Below, in pieces: positions 59,690-64,000 of a DNA stretch of 64,000 bases. The first letter of the stretch is position 1; each line of letters starts with the position of its first letter. The position numbers were made by a program, and so were the translations under genes. The stretch comes from an uncultured virus (IMG/VR IMGVR_UViG_3300042366_001473) (Duplodnaviria; Heunggongvirae; Uroviricota; Caudoviricetes), in IMG/VR virus record IMGVR_UViG_3300042366_001473. One strand, written 5' to 3'. Below the pieces are notes generated by a model that saw only the letters and a list, made by a program, of their open reading frames with translations, searched no databases and was not told the DNA's origin.

Positions 59690-59866
59690 ATGGAAAAGGA
59701 GGCCAAGCAGATCAAGGACGAAATGTTCAGGATTTGCTGGAGCATGCGTGGTGGTATCACTTTGGATCAAGCCATGCAGTTGAGTTATCGTGATCGAGAA
59801 AGCATTGCCGAATTGATCAAAAGCAATTTGGAAACAACCAAAAAATCTGGGCTGCCTTATTTTTAA
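59690..59866 (+). CDS. gp51-like baseplate hub assembly protein (58 aa from ATG; possibly made as a frameshift extension of gp26)
   Basis: MEKEAKQIKDEMFRICWSMRGGITLDQAMQLSYRDRESIAELIKSNLETTKKSGLPYF*; TAATG overlap with next gene; not in ORF track. Confidence 0.7.
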   Translation: MEKEAKQIKDEMFRICWSMRGGITLDQAMQLSYRDRESIAELIKSNLETTKKSGLPYF

Positions 59867-60369
59867 TGAACTTAGAAACTGTAAAACAAGACATAGAACG
59901 CTGGATTGTGAACTTTGTGGAAGTTCCGCATCCCGCCCTGGGAGGGTTTTCTCCGTGTCCGTATGCTCGCAGTGCAAGACTCAAAAATAGCTATCAGGTA
60001 TTCTTGGGCACTGACCCATACTATGATCTCAAACATCGTGCACGGCATGGTATAGGCCTCAGCGAAGTCATAATATATGCATACGATCCTGATCAATGGT
60101 CTCATGACCTGTTTGCCAGCAGCCTTGATCATGCCAACAAAGATTTTTTGTTGGCTGCTGATTTATTGGCCTTAGAAGATCATCCCAAAGATGTTGAAAT
60201 AGTCAACGGAGTTTGCATGAATCAAGGAACCTATGCACTGGCCTTGGTACAAAGTGTCAGCGACCTAAACACCAAGGCTCAGCTTATGGCACGCAAAGGA
60301 TTCTATGACACATGGCCTGAAGATTACTTGCAGTCCCTGTTTCAGCATCGTCAGGATCCGCGCACATGA
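59866..60369 (+). CDS. Hypothetical protein, DUF1415-like
   Basis: W...FV....L....PCPYAR N-terminus, EDHP motif. Confidence 0.5.
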   Translation: MNLETVKQDIERWIVNFVEVPHPALGGFSPCPYARSARLKNSYQVFLGTDPYYDLKHRARHGIGLSEVIIYAYDPDQWSHDLFASSLDHANKDFLLAADLLALEDHPKDVEIVNGVCMNQGTYALALVQSVSDLNTKAQLMARKGFYDTWPEDYLQSLFQHRQDPRT

Positions 60370-60800
60370 CCTATCAGTTTGCACGTATTGATTTGTCGAA
60401 AACCAACTATGAGCCTACTGTGAAATGGCAGTACCTGCGCGAACCTGATATTACTCAGCTGAACAGCATCTACAGAGATTACTGCAAATACAAACATTTT
60501 GCCAGTGTAATGCCCATATTTGATAGCCGTTACACTGATCCAATGACTGATGTGATTGGATACTATGACGGAGACAAGCTGGCAGCATTCAGCTTGATCA
60601 AACGCTACGACGAAAAAAACGCCCTGTGCGATCAATTTGCATGGAACTACAACAATCCCCGACTACGGTTAGGGATAGAAACACTAAAAACAGAGTGTGC
60701 CATCTACAAAGCACAGGGATTTGAGTATCTGTATCTTGAACAAGCACACCTGTACAAACAAAGCATAGACGGCTTTGAATTATTAGGACCACTGGAGTAA
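60366..60800 (+). CDS. ATE_C/Bpt-like GNAT (aminoacyl-tRNA-protein transferase C-domain-like)
   Basis: YYDGDKLAAFS...QFAWNY..P...LG...L..E....K..G.EYLYL...YK....GFE. Confidence 0.6.
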   Translation: MTYQFARIDLSKTNYEPTVKWQYLREPDITQLNSIYRDYCKYKHFASVMPIFDSRYTDPMTDVIGYYDGDKLAAFSLIKRYDEKNALCDQFAWNYNNPRLRLGIETLKTECAIYKAQGFEYLYLEQAHLYKQSIDGFELLGPLE

Positions 60801-60802
60801 CT

Positions 60803-61138
60803 ATGGACATCTACACAATATGGGCCAACAAGGCCGGAGACATTTCAGACCTTGAATGGGTCAACGGAATGAAGAGCTTTTTTGATCATCTGAAGTCTGA
60901 GGGCAAACTGGAAAACTATCGTATCACACGCTGCAAGATGGGTTTTCGTAGCATAGCAGACATGCCTGAATGGATGATACTTATGGAGTTTACAGACATG
61001 GCTCAAATGGACAGTGCTTTCAAGAGGGTAGCACCATTGGAAGGCGAACTGGAAACCAAACACCGTAGCTTCAATCAGTTTGTAGCAGGTGACATCCAGC
61101 ATGCTTTGTTTAGGGACTGGCCTGATCAAAATTTATGA
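60803..61138 (+). CDS. DUF6614-like dimeric alpha/beta-barrel protein
   Basis: HL...G....YRITRCKMG...EW.I.MEF.DMAQMD.AF; GGAG RBS. Confidence 0.55.
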   Translation: MDIYTIWANKAGDISDLEWVNGMKSFFDHLKSEGKLENYRITRCKMGFRSIADMPEWMILMEFTDMAQMDSAFKRVAPLEGELETKHRSFNQFVAGDIQHALFRDWPDQNL

Positions 61139-62169
61139 GTGTGTATTGCATTACTAGTGCATACCCAGTAGGGTGCACTTTTTTTGATTGGTCTATTCAT
61201 TTCTTGTCCGGGCAGACACATCACTACAATATACATCAACAACAGTGGTTGGAATTGCCCAATGATCCTGTGCAAGAACTCAATGCCCATGGGTATAAAA
61301 AAAATCATCCCATGGGCTTTGTTAACACACAAAAATTTATAGAGTCCTTGTTGTCCATGCCGCAACACCAACTGTATTCCGCATACCCATACCCATTGAA
61401 ACTTGTTGTTGCAGTAGATGAAAAAAATATACCAATATCTGATATTGGTATACCTTCTGTTAGATCACAAATTTTTCAATACATAAGTCAAGACTTTGAT
61501 CAAGTGTTTGAATTTTGCAATCTTCGCAATGCAAAGTTAATATACATTGGAAATCATCCAAATATTCAACTGTACCATTTAGAACCGCGAGCATTAGAAG
61601 GAGAAACAATTGATCATCAACCATACAACAGTGTCAGAGAATTAAAACAGCACCGTCAAGAATTATTTTTTAAAGACAGCATCGACTCGTGGACAGACTT
61701 AGGACTAACAGATATATGGGACCAACGAGAACAACAGGCACTAGATTCAAGACCTTTTTACTATCAAGAGTTATATTTAAAAAATATGACATATCCTCAC
61801 TTGTGGATCAACTGCCAGGAGTTGTGGTACCGCGGCGAGCAAGCGGTTCAAAAGATGTTGAACTATTTGAGTTTAGAGATGGTATCAGAAAGATTAGCAG
61901 CATGGAGACCCATATACGCAAAGTGGCAAACCAAACAATTGAATTTGCTGAGTTTCTGTTACAATTATCAGCACATAGTTGACAGCATTGTCAACAACTG
62001 GTATTACGAGATTGATCTAACATTTGATCAAGAAGTAGTGATACAGCACTGTTTGATATATCAACACAATCTAAATCTCAAAACTTGGAAATTGTCAAAG
62101 TTTCCAAACAACACACAAGACTTGCACAAATTGCTAGAACCCAACACACATCCAGTGGCCAACTATTGA
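61135..62169 (+). CDS. AT-rich hypothetical protein (possibly sulfotransferase/P-loop-like)
   Basis: 344 aa ORF, ATGA overlap; N-terminal ITS..PVGCTFFDWSIHFLSG. Confidence 0.55.
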   Translation: MSVYCITSAYPVGCTFFDWSIHFLSGQTHHYNIHQQQWLELPNDPVQELNAHGYKKNHPMGFVNTQKFIESLLSMPQHQLYSAYPYPLKLVVAVDEKNIPISDIGIPSVRSQIFQYISQDFDQVFEFCNLRNAKLIYIGNHPNIQLYHLEPRALEGETIDHQPYNSVRELKQHRQELFFKDSIDSWTDLGLTDIWDQREQQALDSRPFYYQELYLKNMTYPHLWINCQELWYRGEQAVQKMLNYLSLEMVSERLAAWRPIYAKWQTKQLNLLSFCYNYQHIVDSIVNNWYYEIDLTFDQEVVIQHCLIYQHNLNLKTWKLSKFPNNTQDLHKLLEPNTHPVANY

Positions 62170-62612
62170 GAACTGCTACGCAGTTCTTGGTGTATCGCTG
62201 TCGCTCACACCAGTTGTTGAATCAAAGAGCGAAGCGATTAAATGCTTCATCCAGATCTTATGGTCACACTTTGCCCGCACAGGGCAAAGAAACTTCATCC
62301 GAGTCGGGCAAGTCACTTAGCGTTACAGCATTGCAGAGGCGGTTGTCCGGTACCTCGAGCTGCGTCTTTATCACAACGGCGATTTGTATCACACACGCTA
62401 ACATGCATACAAACGTGTACTATCACTAGTACGTCTTTTTCCCTTTTAAAATTCTGTTCAAACAATCAAATCGCAGGTGTTGAGCGATCGTGGTCCTGTC
62501 AAGGATACTGATTGAGTGCTCGCGGCAGCGGCGAGGCTTCGGATCCCTGCGACACTGGGCCCAGGTTTCTACTGTTCGGCACACGAGGTTGACCTGTGCA
62601 AGTCTTGACTGC
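62169..62612 (-). ncRNA. Candidate large structured non-coding RNA (or replication origin) downstream of GIY-YIG gene
   Basis: ~440 nt without a credible ORF in a gene-dense genome; at least nine hairpins read by eye. Confidence 0.55.
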
Positions 62613-63047
62613 TTAACTGTGTAGTTTGTTGATTATGTGACTGCCGTGCACACGAACCTGAATGTGTCCGTTGTACCAGTCTTGGGATTCTAGCACTCGT
62701 CGTGAAAATTGTTCTCTTGCTTCGATATAGCTGCATTCTGATTTAGATTTACAGTAATAAAGTATTTCTCGTTTGAAGTTGTCTTTGCCTTGAGATTCAA
62801 CATCCCGGGAGAGCTCTGGGCTGCTACCGTAATAGTCCTGCCAGTCGCTGTCCACCTTGGTGCGAATCTTTTTTTTCTTCTTGGTGCCGTTTTTGAGTTT
62901 GACTGTTCGTTGAGTTGTTTTTGAGAACTTGGCTAGTTTTTTGCCTATGTATTTGCGATCGGTTCTGATGTTGGTGATTAGGTACACAAAGCCCACACAA
63001 TCTTCTGGGAGAGTTTCCACCGGTTGATTGTTGTATAGCCATGTCAT
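62613..63047 (-). CDS. GIY-YIG (Seg-like) endonuclease-domain protein
   Basis: GFVYLITN...RKYIGKK...WQDYYGSS...F.REIL...E...YNG.I. Confidence 0.88.
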   Translation of the reverse strand: MTWLYNNQPVETLPEDCVGFVYLITNIRTDRKYIGKKLAKFSKTTQRTVKLKNGTKKKKKIRTKVDSDWQDYYGSSPELSRDVESQGKDNFKREILYYCKSKSECSYIEAREQFSRRVLESQDWYNGHIQVRVHGSHIINKLHS

Positions 63048-63080
63048 TGCATATAATTTATGATTGCTGCCAGGTTGCTT

Positions 63081-63719
63081 TTAAATTTTGTCTGTTAATA
63101 TTTGTATAAATCTTTTGGGGTACGAAGTTCTGGTATGAAAATTGTCACTGGAGTGTAATACATTTCGTTGGAATGAAAACAAGTTACCAGGTTTCCAGGG
63201 ACGACTTACATATCGAAGACTCAAATACTCTCGGTCTTCATCCCAACAATGGCTTAGGTTGTTTTGCCAAAAGTTTTGATCCACTGGATTTGTTGTTTTT
63301 TTATTGGTCTGTTTGAACTTATAAAAATCGTTGTGTTCGGCAGTTTGATCAAACAGTATCGTACGACTGTCGCAATTGCTCAATGCAATAATGACCGAAT
63401 AATAAGGGCGCCCAACATTGCTGGATCTAACATAATCAGTGTGAACATCCCAGGGCAAAGATAATTCTTGAAGCACCAGTTCAGACACACGATATTCGCC
63501 GAGCAGATTGTCTAATTTTGGTTTTATGATGCTGACAGCTTGATCAGATTGATCCCATGGCTGTATGGCCTGATTGGCAATTAAACTACCTTTGGTAAAT
63601 CTTCCACCGTTGGAATAATAAGGAACCATTTGCCATTTTTCAACTGCTGCGTTTACTTGTTCAAGCTCAATAGCAGTTAAAAAATTTTCAATCTCAATTA
63701 TTTCTTTCAAGGTATTCAT
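63081..63719 (-). CDS. 2OG-Fe(II) oxygenase-like protein
   Basis: IENFL N-terminus, VHTD (HxD), distal LHSS, KRFIQ. Confidence 0.65.
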   Translation of the reverse strand: MNTLKEIIEIENFLTAIELEQVNAAVEKWQMVPYYSNGGRFTKGSLIANQAIQPWDQSDQAVSIIKPKLDNLLGEYRVSELVLQELSLPWDVHTDYVRSSNVGRPYYSVIIALSNCDSRTILFDQTAEHNDFYKFKQTNKKTTNPVDQNFWQNNLSHCWDEDREYLSLRYVSRPWKPGNLFSFQRNVLHSSDNFHTRTSYPKRFIQILTDKI

Positions 63720-63721
63720 AG

Positions 63722-64000
63722 TCAATTGGTAAGATAACCTACAGCATAGTTCTGATCAACTAAATTACAATGGCATTTTTGTTCACATTCAACCCAGGCT
63801 TTGCCTTGATTGTCGAATGTATCAAACAGTTTGGACCAAACTGGGTCATTCAGGACCTGATCCAGTGACCTAGATTTCAAATCCAACTTGCTTCTATGTA
63901 TCTGATGAAAACTATCTTTAAAATGTATAGTTTTTCGATCTGTGCTGATACTGTGGTATGGATAGCTGACCCAACTACATGGATGCAGTATTCCGTCGGC
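63722..64000 (-). CDS. C-terminus of a radical SAM SPASM/twitch-type protein (partial)
   Basis: My translation ADGILHPCSW...SLDQVLND..W...ECEQKCHC...TN*. Confidence 0.6.
   Translation of the reverse strand, partial: ADGILHPCSWVSYPYHSISTDRKTIHFKDSFHQIHRSKLDLKSRSLDQVLNDPVWSKLFDTFDNQGKAWVECEQKCHCNLVDQNYAVGYLTN

Noticed and set aside
62085..62511. ORF-track ORFs 62085..62429 and 62242..62511
   Set aside because: No RBS, atypical composition, overlap the upstream gene or each other; the region is better explained by secondary structure
62169..63047. Group I intron with GIY-YIG homing endonuclease
   Set aside because: Flanking genes are complete and convergent with no split exon, and I could not identify P7 core motifs by eye; not excluded without a covariance-model search
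1..64000. Stop-codon reassignment or tRNA genes
   Set aside because: Core genes are full length in the standard code and TAA, TGA and TAG all end genes; no cloverleaf with a TTCGA T-loop was recognised

Overview
This window is part of the morphogenesis (late) region of a large T4-like myophage, read in the standard genetic code with most genes on the - strand. It holds the head module (portal gp20, core proteins, protease gp21, scaffold gp22, major capsid gp23), neck/tail genes (gp4, gp13, gp14, gp15, sheath gp18, tube gp19, gp54-like, gp26/gp51-like, tape-measure/lysozyme) and a probable small terminase. A ~25 kb block encodes giant Gly/Asn/Thr-rich fibre proteins plus a subtilisin. Accessory enzymes are interspersed: dNMP kinase, DEDDh exonuclease, HNH, NUDIX, radical SAM, SGNH-like, TPR-glycosyltransferase, Maf/DUF115-like, ATE_C-like aminoacyl-transferase, 2OG-Fe(II) oxygenase and GIY-YIG. 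T4-type late promoters (nnTAAATA) and three consensus sigma70 promoters are visible. Most notable: (1) a ~440-nt hairpin-dense non-coding element directly downstream of a short GIY-YIG gene; (2) a likely -1 programmed frameshift (T TTT TTC) fusing gp26-like and gp51-like ORFs; (3) an ATT start codon for gp15; (4) widespread apparently leaderless late genes; (5) a candidate virion glycosylation system acting on sequon-saturated fibres; (6) internal head proteins with T4-type capsid-targeting sequences. All family calls come from motif recognition by eye; no database searches were run.
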